Shown: positions 24,325 through 36,678, numbered from the stretch's first letter. The stretch: DNA of 64,000 nucleotides from Camelus dromedarius (GCF_036321535.1 NC_087445.1:18910001-18974000), one strand, 5' to 3'. Made by a program: numbers and translations. The notes: a model not told the origin generated them from the letters alone.

Positions 24325-24879
24325 ATGGCTCGACCGTTGTCTGTACTGATGGCCCTGGTGGCGCTCAGCTGTCACTCCATCTGCTCTCTGGGGTGTGACC
24401 TGCCTCAGACCCACAGCCTGGCCACCAGGAGGACCTTGATGCTCCTGGGACAAATGAGGAGAATCTCCCCCTCCTCCTGCCTGAAGGACAGACAGGACTT
24501 TGGATTCCCTCAGGAGGTCCTTGGTGGCCACCGGCTCCAGAAGGCTCAAGCCATCTCTGTCTTCCATGAGCTGGTCCAGCAGCTCTTCCTCCTCTTCAGC
24601 ACAGAGGGCTCGTCTGCTGCCTGGGAGGACAGCCTCCTGCACAGACTCTGCACTGGGCTTGATCAGCAGCTGACGGAGCTGGAAGCCTGTCCGAAGCAGG
24701 AGGCGGAGCTGCAAGGGCGTCCCCTGCTGAATGAGGACCCCATCCTGGCTGTGAGGAGATACTTCCACAGAATCACTCTCTATCTGCAAGAGAAGAAATA
24801 CAGCCCTTGTGCCTGGGAGATCGTCAGAGCAGAAGTCATGAGATCCTTCTCTTCAGCGAGACACTTGCAAGAAAGATGA
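24325..24879 (+). CDS. IFNA: Interferon alpha (184 aa from MARP; an in-frame ATG at 24316 gives 187 aa); C-terminus ends at LQER
   Basis: Signal peptide, [22 protein letters not shown] and [18 protein letters not shown]. Cys1/29/99/139 equivalents are present. Confidence 0.92.
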   Translation: MARPLSVLMALVALSCHSICSLGCDLPQTHSLATRRTLMLLGQMRRISPSSCLKDRQDFGFPQEVLGGHRLQKAQAISVFHELVQQLFLLFSTEGSSAAWEDSLLHRLCTGLDQQLTELEACPKQEAELQGRPLLNEDPILAVRRYFHRITLYLQEKKYSPCAWEIVRAEVMRSFSSARHLQER

Positions 24880-25092
24880 AGCAGGAAGGAATGACAGAGG
24901 CCTGGTTCAACATGGAAATGATTCTCACTGACCAACAAGACCACACGGCCACCCGGCCGGCCGGGTCAAAGACCCTCATTCCTGCTGGAATCAGGACACG
25001 AACTGGATCAATCTGTCAAATGTTGTCGGGAGAATTCAGCAACATCACGTTCTGCTCTGCGGGCACTCGTCTCTCACAGACGCCCATGCTCA

Positions 25093-25140
25093 TCTATCTA
25101 TTTATTTAAATATTTATTTATTTAACTATTTATAAGCTTT
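25093..25140 (+). promoter_or_regulatory. AU-rich element cluster in the IFNA 3' UTR
   Basis: Overlapping ATTTA pentamers (tatttatttaaatatttatttatttaa). Confidence 0.75.
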
Positions 25141-27799
25141 AAATGATTTTTGTTCCTGTAATATGATGTGTACCCATACACTGTGGCTAATTGAAAAAAA
25201 ATATACTCTTTGTATTTACTCAATGTATTATTTTCTTTGTTCATTAAACTTTTTTTCTATAGAAAACTAATTGTACTTGTTTATTATTTAAAAAAGAAAC
25301 ACCATGTCTGATTGTAATCTGATTAAATAGTGGATAGTACCATTCACTACTCATTACTATGTCACTCAAGGTATAAGAAAAAGGAGATTTTCTCTAAGCC
25401 AGGTTATATGTTGCCCGAAGGACATAGAGGTCAATGCGACAAATCCAACCCTATTTTCTTGCATCATTGGTTTTTGTAGAGAAATCATCCAAAAAATAAC
25501 AATCATAATTAATATGAATTATAAAAATGTTATACTGAGAAGAAGTGGAATAAAAAGTTATTTCTCAGCAGAAGCTGGAGAAAGAAAAGTCAAGAAATAA
25601 AAATGAAAGTAGTAGGTATCCTCTACATTTGAGTGCTCAACATCTGATTGCAAATAGCTTTTGGAAAATAGACTTTTGAGTCTGAAATCCACAAGCAATC
25701 ACATGAGTTGAAAGCCAAGGAACACAAGTAGTCCTGTGTGAAAAGTGAATAGAAGGAGAAAAGGACTTAAAACATTGACTCACAGAACCTTCAACTAATA
25801 AAGGGAGGCAAGATCCACCAAGGAAACTGAGGAAGAATGGCCGTAAGTTAACAGGATGAAAGGGAATAGGTTCCCACGAACCTATTTAAAAGGTGAAAAC
25901 TGCTCCCCAGAATCGCACCATCGCAAATGTGAACTGAAACTGCCCTCTGCATGGGGAAAACAGCTGTCCCTGGTGATCTTACTGGGAGCTGGTCTGGTCG
26001 GGTTGATCACCAGACAGCACACTGGGCGAAGGGTGAATATGAGAGATTAGTGACAATATACGTAGGAACCAGCTTTGAAAGATTTGCCTTCTGAAATGCA
26101 GGACAGAAATAGAGCGGTGACTAGAAACAACTGTGGATGTTTTTGTTTCTTCCTGCACAGTTGTCTCTTTCCAAACATATTTATCTCTAGATAGATTTCA
26201 TGGATTTGATGTATTGGCAAATCACATTCATATGTTAGTATTTTATTGATTTTAAATCATGACATATTGAGTTACTTACAATGAGAACTTTTGATTATTT
26301 TGATTAATAGGATGTTGAATGTCACTAAGCTGCTCTGTTGTTGACACCATCAACCGCACGGGAAACAGATGGAACTGACCTCGGTGAGAGCGTGCTTGGT
26401 GGAATTAATCAGCAGAAACCGTACTGGAGCAGCCGCAAGGCGGTAACACACGAGGAGAATCCCACTGTCACTTTTTTTTTAGTTTACTTGTTTCACTCTC
26501 ATCAGAGTCAGATTTGCATTTGTTTTCCTTTTGCCTCAGTGCATCCAAGGGCAATGACTGCTTTCTAAGAATGCTGAAGGGAGGACAAAAACAATGACAT
26601 ATTGAGAATTATGGGAAATAATGGCATGTTTCCAGTTTTACTTCCCTATTTTGGTACTAACCTCGAGATGAAACAGAAAGTACTTCAGAAGTAACAAGAC
26701 AACTCTTGCCCAGGAAAAAATTTTAAAGTCAAACGAGCATATAAAATTTTAAAGACTCTAGAACTAGTAAAGCAAAGATGGCTAGTTTTCCCGAGCATCA
26801 AGTACTGACCTCGCAGCCCTACATTTTCATTGTGAGACAGAGAGAGATGAATCAAGAAGTTCAGCAGAAATACACTGACTGAATAATCTAGGGACACTTA
26901 TTAATTACTTCACCATAAGCCTCCAACGGTAGGTGAATCATCACTGAATCCTTGGGGCCAGCTCAGAAACTTGAGAATATAGTAAATATTCAACAGTTTA
27001 ACGAACTGAACTCAAGACAGAAACCAACATTTAGCAAAATGCAATTCCCTTCAGGTAAAAAGGAGAAAGAAAAAGGTAACTTTTCCAAAACCCTGTTCCT
27101 GTGCACGGCCACACACACACATGGTGCATCATGTTTGGCTTGTTTCATCTGGAAGCTTTGGAAATACTTCAAACCTGTATATGCGATGAAAACAACAGAG
27201 GTTGTTCACAGAAACACCCTTAGATCCAGAACAGCTGATTGTTTTGGGGAAAAAAACAATTACCCTTGAATAAAAGTTGAAAGTGTGATGAGCTGACTCA
27301 CGGCTATCCACTGAAGAATGAGTTACCGGGGGTTCAGATGGAAGATGTGTGGCTGTGTTCACACTGAGCCGAAGAGTGAGATTACACGTGTGCTAATGAG
27401 TGAGGGGAGGTGGGGCCATAAAGGATAAACATTTTGTGGGTCTTGGAATTAGAACTGAAATGCCTGTGCTCACTGAAAATAATGAAGAAATCAGCTACAA
27501 ATTTTGAGAGAACAGCCTGAAGAGTCATTAGCAGGAAAACGTTGAAAGAGTGGAAAATGCCAGTTGCATTTCTGATCAGGAGGCTCTAGTGAAGCACTTG
27601 CCACCTGCTCATACTTTTGTAGACAAAATCCGACAGTCTCAGTCATTCATCATTTTATCTTGAGCAATTCACATGAACCCTGGATAACGAGAAAATTGTG
27701 AACAGGTCATAGACCTTTCTCCTTCGGCAGTTACTCATCAAATGGTCCCCATTCCTGAAAGGACAAATCCAGAGGAATGAGGAAGCTTGGCTGACTATG

Positions 27800-28196
27800 G
27801 GAGATGGATGGCAGCCAGCTCCGGAAGGCCCAGGCCATCTCTGTCCTCCACGAGATGCTCCAGCAGATCTTCAACCTCTTCCACGCAGAGCGCTCCTCTG
27901 CTGCCTGCGACACCACCCTCCTGGACAAACTCCACACTGGACTCCATCAGCAGCTGGAGGACCTGGACACCTCTTTGGTGCAGGTGATGGGAGAGCAAGA
28001 CTCTGCCCAGGGAAGGGCGGGCCCTACACTGGCCGTGAAGAGCTACTTCCAGGGAATCCATCTCTTCCTGAAAGAGAAGACAGACAGCGACGGTGCCTGG
28101 GAAATTGTCCGACTGGAAATCATGAGATCCTTCTCTTCATTAACCAATTTGCAAGAAAGGTGAAGAACTAAGGATGGAGACCTGGGGTCACCTTGA
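27800..28196 (+). pseudogene. 5'-truncated IFN-omega pseudogene
   Basis: Closely matches the 3' two-thirds of 44208-44795 from MDGSQL onward. It lacks the promoter, signal peptide and helix A. Conserved Cys are lost (DTSL, SDGAW), there is a premature TGA at 28161-28163, and the ancestral stop is at 28194-28196. Confidence 0.9.
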
Positions 28197-29399
28197 CATG
28201 ATTCTCCCTGACCGAGATGCCATGTCACCCTTGCACATTGGTCTGTGGTCATTTCAAAAGACTCTTATTTTTGCTTTAGCCACAGCATCTATTGAATTAA
28301 CTCAGTTAATACTTTGTCTGTAGTAATGAGCAAGGATATGGTAAAATTCCTGAGCTTAAGGATCATCAGTCCCTATGCAATGACTTCCCTGTTATTTATT
28401 GTTGATTTATTTATATTTATTCTTGAAACTTAGATATTTACATTTTCATATAGATGTTACATTGTGTTAAAATTTTAAAAATATGCTCACCTTGCCACTT
28501 CATTAAGTTTGCATCTTGTTTTATGTATTAAATTCTATGAAAGAAAACTTCTTTTTTTTTTTTAATTCTGAAAACCTAAAACCATATATTTTCTATAGAA
28601 ATCTCTCTCAGAATACTATTTGTCCATTATATCTTATGGAACAGTTCTACCACTTTCTAGGAACTGCTTTTCAAATAGTGGAATTCCACGGAATTGAGAG
28701 GAGTCATGGAAATTGCGATAAATGTATAGTCCTTATGCCACACGTTTCACTGATTTATATCCAGTTAGCAAAGAGTGGTTGGTAGGTAAACATCTGAGAG
28801 GTGTCCACTCCTCCAGTGAAGTTGGAACACATAGGGTATTGATCGGCTGCTGCTGCTGCCAGCTCTTCCTCTTCCTCGCACCTGCTCCCCAGTCCTGCTT
28901 CCCTGAATCGCTCACTTCCTCATCCAGTAACTTCGCTCCCTCCAACTTACTGCCCATCCACACACGTGCTCTCGTTCTGTGCTGCTTTCTAGCTTCAAGG
29001 TGTCTCTTACAGTGGAAGCCACAGGAAGAGAGCAAAAGTGAAAGGAGAGCTCGAGGATTTTCAAAACCTCAGGTAGAAGGAGCCGGGGACATGGGGCTGG
29101 ATCCCAGCTCTGTTATTAATAACTGTATGACCCTGAGAAACAACACAAATACCATGCTCCCTAGTTTTCTCATCTTTCATATGGGGACAAGAATAATAAT
29201 GTTCCATAGGATTACTGTCAGATTTCCGTGTACTTAACCTTTAAATTAAAGCTTTTTCAACAACTAACAGTGTAGGAGATATTAAACATTTATATTAAAT
29301 GAAATCATAGATACACACACACACACACATTTTCCCTTTCATCACCCGGGGCCCCTTTAAGTCTCGGAGGGTCCCAATATCTAGTCCAGAGTAGAATCC

Positions 29400-29940
29400 T
29401 TTCCCTGAACTGTGTTTCTCCTCAGAAACATTCCTCAGTCTGAGAACACAGCACAACACGCCCTGCTACCGAGCCGTCAAGCCCCGAAGAAACCCACGCG
29501 GGTGTGAACCGCTCGGGCCAAAGCCTCCTGCCAGGAAGGGAAGGACGGGCGCGGGCAGGTGCGGAAAACGAAGGGCTCTGGGCGAAGCCGCGGCCGGCGG
29601 GGACCGGGAGGCCCGAGAAGGAAGCCGACTCACCGCTCTCGCCGCCCCCACGCGCTCGCGGGGCCCCGGCGGCGCCTCTCCCGGGCCGGGGCTCCTGCCC
29701 GCGGCGAACCCCACGTCCTCCCCGTGGCCGCAGCGCCCGAGTCCGTGGGGGCGGGACGCCCAGGCGGGTCCCGCGGGGTGGGCGGTGCCTGTCGGGCCGG
29801 CACGGCGAGCTCGCGCGCCCCCTCCCGGCCGGCGGGGCGCGGTGGAGACAGCTCTGCGCGCATTGCTGAGTGGAGGAGGGCTGCTCAGCTTCACTGTGGT
29901 CCAAGGGCAGCGCTACATTTCTGGACTCTTGGTCTCTCTA
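29400..29940. repeat. GC/CpG-rich triplicated element, copy B
   Basis: Identical by eye to copy C over ~29415-29853, and to copy A over 29445-29795. Confidence 0.95.
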
Positions 29941-30508
29941 GTTGTTCACATGCACCACGTTTCTCCGATTGCTATAATCTGGCTTCAGCCTCCCTGTTCT
30001 CTTGAAACTGCTCGGCCAAGGTTTACACTAAACTACATGTTGCCTAACTCAGAGATGACTTGTCAGGCAGCTGTCGGCGGACATTTCAGAAGTATCGGAC
30101 GCCTACGTGTTCCCACGACCATTTTAAAGTCTGACCTACATCTGGTTCCTACGTCACCATCATCCTCTGCTTTTCTGCTCCTCCTCCTCCCCTTCCTTTG
30201 TGGACCACTCCCTCTCCTCTCAGGGAATGGCGGGGTTCCTCAAGAGTCTATGCTAGTTCCCACACTTCATCTCCTCTGCACAGAGTCCCACCTCCCAAAC
30301 AGTCCCAAGTGTCATCTCTAGGATTACGACTTCCGTATGCATGTCTTAGCCAAGAGTCTCATCTCCAAACATTTGTAATCATCTCCAAACCCATATAGCT
30401 ACCTCCTACCCCAGAACATCTCCACATACCATGTCCACAATTGACCGTCATGCAATTACCTGGCGAATCCCTGCACACCCCTGAGATGCCAGCACACCAG
30501 TTGCTTCT

Positions 30509-30545
30509 TCTGTAGTCAAATGCTCTCCCACTGAGCTGTACCCCC
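30509..30545 (-). pseudogene. Tailless retroposed 5' half of tRNA-Cys(GCA)
   Basis: The minus strand reads GGGGGTACAGCTCAGTGGGAGAGCATTTGACTACAGA, 34/37 to the vertebrate tRNA-Cys 5' half as I recall it. It is flanked by the 14-bp direct repeat AGTTGCTTCTTCTG (30499-30512, 30549-30562). Confidence 0.75.
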
Positions 30546-31509
30546 ATTAGTTGCTTCTTCTGGAAACATTCCATGACCCATGCAAGGCCCACGTGCTCCC
30601 AGCATCCCGTACTTTCTCTATCACAGCATCAGCCTCCTTCCATTCACTGCTCTGTTGCACACATCCTCACCAAACGGGGAGTTCTGTGAAGGCAGGCAGC
30701 ACGTCTACTCTTTTCATTGTGTCTGGCACCAGCACAGGGCCAACAAAGACAAAGGGGTAGTCACTACTTATTGGCTGAAGCTTAAATTCCATGAGCCTAT
30801 AAATATATTTCGCTTCAGTTCTCTTTCACACAAGGACAGAAATTCAATCAACAAGCATTAGACATGTGTCCTCCAGGGAACTGAATCGCTCCTGTTGCTA
30901 CAACATGCCTTGTGCATATCCTTCATAGCCCTAGAAAAGCTTCCCTCCTATTTACTTGCTCTTTAAGGCCTGTCTTCTCTGCCAAAGTGCCCTATTTAAG
31001 AAAGTAGTACTTCTTTCGTAAGAAGAAGAAGAGTTTATCTACCATTATACTCACAAGTCAGTTACTGGGTGCAGAGATAACTGAAATTTTTTTAAAACTC
31101 AATGAGATGAATAAAACTATGTTCCACTTGGATTTTAAGGCAGATTCAATCTTTAAGGACACTTTGTATGTCTTTAAGAGTATGAGTAAGAACTAAAATT
31201 TAAAATATACCTTTGAAACCCCCAAAGACAAGGGAAACAAGATCATAAAGCTGACCATACAATGCGATGAGGAAATTCCATAAATACAACAATCAGCATA
31301 GAAAAAAATTTCTATTTATTACAAATTTAAAATACAGAGTTTCCCGATTCAAAGTATAGTTTCCTCTAAGTATTGCAAAACAATCTGCCGGGATGACTCA
31401 GTGCGTTTACAACTGAAGAACAAAGGGCCTTGAATTGTGTGAATATTGACCCGCTTGAGGCCACACAGGAGGCGCTAAGACTAAGCGGTGAAAGGCTGGG
31501 CGCAGGTCT

Positions 31510-32055
31510 CCTTTCCAGCTCCGGGGTTTTCTCGGAGATGATAACACAGCGAGAGCACATACTGACTTTCTCATCTTAACTTCCAGTTTGACAGAGTCCC
31601 GGGCACAGTAGCTCTGTGCTTTCTTCCCACATCGAGCGGGGGTCTTGGAAGGAGCTCTTCAAAGTCTGGCTGGAGTCCTCACTGCCCAGGGGGTATTTTC
31701 CTCCCCACCTCCTGCTCCAGACTGGTCTCCAGAGCCTCCCTCTGCTGATGCAGCCCAGTGAGGGATTTAGGCTGTTTGGGCTGAAGAGGCTGAAGGCCTG
31801 CTGGAGCATCTCATGAAAGAAGAGGTGGCCTGAGCGCTTGGGAACCGGCTGCTGTCCAGCTGGTTCTGGGGGAACTAGAAAACATGCTCGTCCTCCAGGC
31901 AGGGAAACAAGGAAGAGTCTCTCATTTGGTGCAGAACTGTGACGGTCTCCGGCTCTGGCGGGCCATGCTTCTGGGCCGGGTTACAGCTAAGGGTGTGGAC
32001 AGACCTGGAGAGCAGACCGCCCTCCAGGTCCTCAGTGAGGAGGCTGGCAGCCCCT
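31510..32055 (-). pseudogene. Minus-strand type I IFN pseudogene with a retained GAAA-rich promoter (~32170-32220)
   Basis: LSCNPAQKH, TVLHQMR, FPCLEDEHVF*FPQ, HEMLQQAFSLFS, LTGLHQQ and EDSSQTLKSSFQ, with a stop, frameshifts and no ATG. Confidence 0.8.
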
Positions 32056-33110
32056 GCTGAGCCTGGTGATGTAGCTGATCAGCTGTGCAGCCTTCACCCA
32101 GCTCCTCTGAGCACCTTCCTGCACGGGAGAGTCTTCAACGGAACAAGGTTGTCGTTTCTCTGCTTGTCCCATGTTTGTTTCCACTTTTTCCAGTTTCTCT
32201 TCCATTTTTCAGCAGAAGATAATGTCACAGCTTCAATACCTCGTATGTATTGTTACGCTGGAAGTTAAACACAGTCATGGAAAATGACAGAATATCAATC
32301 CAATAGGATATGTTTGCCTGAATTAGACCCAAGAAAGAAAACCTGAGTCTCAATCCATCTTTTTCAAAATTTTAATAAGAATACTTAGACATTTATCTTT
32401 AACAATACATCAGATATTATTCTATAATAATATCCCATTATAGCTATTTTCCATAAGAAAATGTCATAGAAAATAGTTTACTGTATTTTCACACCTCCTA
32501 ATGCACCAAAATACAAGTGGCCTCACCTCTCTGCATTTCCCTTTTACGGTCTAAGGCATTAGATTTGAATCCTCTGCATGTCTTTACAGAAGACATAGCT
32601 CACATTTCTGGACACTGTCTATGTATAATAGGGGCATAAATGTTAACAGCAAGGTTTAATCCATAACCTTCTCTTCATTTTGTCACCAACGTAGGCTAAC
32701 TGCACACATATGTGACAATGTGCTTGGCAATGTGGATTCCAGGAGAGGAAGACAGGGACGGTGACTGCGGTCCAGGGAGCCGGGAAGACAGACATGAGAG
32801 GCAGGGTGAGGATGAAGGAGGCCCCAGCAGCATCAGGGCAGCTGAGGGCAAGGGCTCACAGCTGATGACCAGGAGGGCCTGGGAGCAGCAGGAGCCTCCA
32901 CTCTGACAAAAGCTGTGCCTCCTGACTTAAATGACTGGTGACTTTCATTGTGTCTTTCAAAACATCAAGACAAGTTCAGCGGTGCTCACCAGGGAAATTA
33001 TAAAGATGGAATGAAATAAAGTTTGCAAAATACAGGCTGAGAGAGAACAGAGTGAATGACAGCTGCCTGGAGCATGAATACAACACCCAGGAAGCTGTCC
33101 GGTCCCCGCT

Positions 33111-33155
33111 CAGCCCAGCCCAGCCCAGCCCAGCCCAGCCCAGCCCAGCCCAGCC
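33111..33155. repeat. (CAGCC)9 pentanucleotide microsatellite
   Basis: Nine perfect units, read directly. Confidence 0.95.
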
Positions 33156-34009
33156 CAGAGTGGCTCTGGCTGCAGCTCCCGTCACACTGTCAGGGGTCTG
33201 CACGGGGAGGCCCCCAAATGCAAGCTCCAGGAGCCGCACTGCCCGCGGGACTGTGAGGGAGCAGAGCCCAGGTCTCCACACTTAGAACAGTGCCTGGTAT
33301 AGTATGGAGAGAAATCTTACAGCATGTGGTGTATTTTGCAGACACCCAGCATCTAGAAGAGCTGTCTGACAAAAACGGCTGTTGTGTGTGAGGCATCTAA
33401 TGCAGGTAAACAGTCCTGTCCCTCATCCGCAGTTATTCTCAGATCACCTCTGGGAAAACTAGTTTAAAACACAGACTTGAAAAAGAAAACAGTCTGAAAG
33501 AGTAGGAAATCGGTTCAGAAATATGCACGGGCGTGTATGTATGACTGAGTATTATGCTGTAGGACGGTATAACATTGTAAACTGACTCTACTTCAATTAA
33601 AAATTTTTAATTGAAAGAAGAAGTACACATGGGGTAGAGGGGTTGGAGAAATGGGACTTTCCTAAATTTTTAGCTAGGAATGATCATAAAATGAATTCAA
33701 AACTATTTCCTGGGTTAATATAAGGGTAAAGAAAGGAAAATCTTCCCTCAAGCATTGATTGCGAGCAGGCATCAAATCGACGGAACAAGAGAAACAATAT
33801 TTTAATGCAACATAAATAAATGAAATTGTACAATGTACAAAAGGAACAACAAAAAGGAAAATGTTAAATAAAGACCAGAATTGACCCTGCACTCCCAAAT
33901 CGCTGAGAGTTTTAAGAAAGGAAGCCTTCAGGTTGCTGGCATAAAAATTGGCACTTGCGTCTGCCTTCTCAAGTCGGGAGTCATGTGGGCACTTGGAATC
34001 CACCTCTGC

Positions 34010-34421
34010 CTGGGTTAAACATTAGCCTGCAACCTCTAGGCTGCAACAGGCCCTAAAAGGAGTTCAGGGTGGAGATCAGGAAGGAGGCACCCTGGGCTCT
34101 GCGGGAAACGTGGCAGAACAGGCCTTCAGGAGAAGGTTTCAGGAGCCCAATGCTTGCTCATATCTCATGCCAAGGAGGACACTAAAACCAGTAACTGTGA
34201 CATCATCTCCTCCTGACTAGCAGCAAGCCCCTGCCTAAATGTGCCCTTGACCGCACCTGCCCCTTCACTGAAATCCTCTCTAATATGGACCTTCCCGCCT
34301 GCCTCTTCCCAGTGGTTCCTCAGAGCTATCTGAATGCTGTCTCCTGGGATACAGCCCTCATTTTGCTCCAAATAAAACATAACTCCCAACTCTCACTTTG
34401 TGGAGTTTAGGTCAGTCGACA
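34010..34421 (+). mobile_element. LTR of a family also found at 40.7-41.2 kb (-) and 61.1-61.6 kb (+)
   Basis: Shared motifs (aaaggagttcaggg..gagat.agga, cagagctatctga). AATAAA lies near the 3' end and the terminus is cagtcgaca. Confidence 0.65.
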
Positions 34422-35169
34422 TGGCCAATGAGATTGGGGCAAATTTGCTTTAATCGATGAAATTCATACCAAAGAAAATGAAGAGCTCAGACCTGCCAAA
34501 TGTCCTCAGTGCTGTGTACAGAACACTTAACTCCTCTTTCTAACAAGATAGTCAAGGTGGGGTCCTGAGAAAGTCATTTCAGGAACCTCAGTCAAATAAA
34601 AATTGTTGAAGAGTCAACAAGAAGTCGTCAAACACAGCTGTCCTCCCAAAGAAGGAAAGAAGTAATGTTGGGAAAATTAATGAGTTGGCTTCGTATCAAC
34701 TAGGAAAGCAAAGTTATACCAGATTCTTGCTTTAGTATAAGGAAACTATAGTTTAAATAGCCTTTAGTAAAATGCAGTGCTTTAATATTAAAACATATTT
34801 TAATATTCCTTGTTTCATATTCTAAATATTTTAATAAATATATTTAAAGATGACACATTTAACAAGATTTAAATATGACATGAATTAAATTAAACACAAG
34901 ATTAATTTAAAAATCTATTTTTTAAAATGCTGTGAGTTTTGAAATAATCCCACTTTTCAGGTATTCACTACTTTCCCAACCATTTCAACGCTGATCCCTG
35001 AAAGACACCAGGAGACTCTCAGAGAATCTAAGGGCGCACAGCGTCCCCGTCCTCCGCCCTGAAGGCGGCCGTGCACCAACTCACCCTCAGGGCAGCCACA
35101 ACTTACCCACAAGGCGCCCATGACACTTTCCACTCATCCCTATGCGCCCGTGGACTTCAACATTGGACA

Positions 35170-35735
35170 GCTGAGATAAAGAGCCCAAACATAAAATAAC
35201 GGATACCATCCTGATGAATCACAGGCTCAGGCCCCTGAGAACGGCTTGGCTAAACTATGTAACTTGGGAGGAAAGCCCAACCGTAGAGAAACACATACAA
35301 CCATGTAGTTGAGTCATAGGATCAGGCTCTGGGATCCACTTGGCTAAACTATGTAATTTGGGATGAAAGACCAAGGGTAGACAAACTGATACAACCATGT
35401 AGTAGAGTCATAGGATCAGGCTCTGGGAACCGCTTGGCTAAACTATGTAATTTGGGATGAAAGACCAAGGGTAGAAAAACTGATACAACCATGTAGTTGA
35501 GTCTTAGGATCAGGCTCTGGGAACCGCTTGGCTAAACTATGGAAATTGGAATGAAAGACCAACCTTAGAAAAACACATACAAGAATGTAGTTGAGTCATA
35601 GGATCAGGCCGTGGGAACCGCTTGGCTAAACTATTTAATTTGGTATGAAAGACCAAACATAGAAAAACATATAACCACGTAGTAGACTCACAGACTCAGG
35701 TCTCTCAAACTGCCCTGTCTATACTAGGTAACTAA
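35170..35735. repeat. Short array (~6 monomers) of the same ~95-bp unit upstream of IFN-delta copy 2
   Basis: Anchors near 35220, 35315, 35409, 35503, 35597 and 35688. Shares GCTTGGCTAAACTATG and GATACAACCATGTAG with the long array. Confidence 0.92.
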
Positions 35736-35962
35736 CCCAGGTAAGAGCGTAAAAAATGCAAGAGTGTTAAAAGCCCGGAAAATAGACAACCGGTCCCTGT
35801 TTGCTACCAGATAAAAAGGCCGCTGTTGAGGCCGCGACTTGACAAGCTCTTCAGCGCTCAAAACGTCGGAAAACGAAAAGAGCTTTTCCGTGCACTTTTA
35901 AAGCCGCAGGTAATCGCTCACGGAGCACGCGATGTACTTCCCCGCGCGCTGCTGGAGCCGCT

Positions 35963-35982
35963 GAAACTGAAAACTCGAAAGT
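35963..35982 (+). promoter_or_regulatory. IRF-binding element upstream of IFN-delta copy 2
   Basis: GAAACTGAAAACTCGAAAGT contains a perfect GAAANNGAAA and starts 182 nt upstream of the ATG. Confidence 0.6.
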
Positions 35983-36144
35983 TGTGGTTCCGCAAAAGCA
36001 CGCGATCCGATATCCTCCTGCGCCCTCTCGTGCTCGCCTAGAGAAACACCCTCTCCCAGGACCTAGCGAAGGAACCTTTCGCTAACTCTTTAGCGGGGTC
36101 CGAGCGCCACCTCGTGGCCTTATCGCGAGTCACTGACATTCTCA

Positions 36145-36678
36145 ATGGCCCAGATCTGCGTGCTTGTGGCAGGAGTGATGCTCTGCTCCCTCCCTGCTTG
36201 CTCTCTTGCCAGGAACTTGCCTGAGATCCAGAGCCTAGAAAACAAGGAGATCGTCAGGCTTTTGAGACACATGAAACGGACCCCCCTTCACTCATGCCTA
36301 AAGGACAGGAGGGACTTCAAACTTCCCTGGGAAAGAGACAATATCGCCCAAAACCAGACGGCTCAAGGCCCCTGTTCCTACCATCAGATGCTCCAGCAGA
36401 TTTTCCACCTCTTCAGCACAGAGCACAGCCATGCTGCTTGGGACAACACCTCCCTAAATAAACTACTCTCCAGTCTGGATCTCACCCTGCACCAACTGGA
36501 GCAGGCTGAAGAAGGCAATCTAGACTGTCCCTTTTGGGGAACTGCTGTTCGGGAGTATTTCCAAGCAATTCATCTCTACTTGAAGGAAAAGGAATACAGC
36601 CCCTGTGCCTGGGAGATTGTCAGAGAGGAAACTAAAAAGCGCCTTTCCTTCATGAAACATCCGAAATGGAAAGCATGA
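36145..36678 (+). CDS. IFND: Interferon delta, copy 2 (177 aa, intact)
   Basis: Paralog of 19981-20514 with 19 aa differences. CLKDRRDFKLPW, HQMLQQIFHLF and [10 protein letters not shown] are present. Confidence 0.9.
   Translation: MAQICVLVAGVMLCSLPACSLARNLPEIQSLENKEIVRLLRHMKRTPLHSCLKDRRDFKLPWERDNIAQNQTAQGPCSYHQMLQQIFHLFSTEHSHAAWDNTSLNKLLSSLDLTLHQLEQAEEGNLDCPFWGTAVREYFQAIHLYLKEKEYSPCAWEIVREETKKRLSFMKHPKWKA

Noticed and set aside
24292-24789. Antisense ORFs over IFN genes (also 27795-28061 and 44328-44660)
   Set aside because: These are shadow frames of the IFN coding strand.
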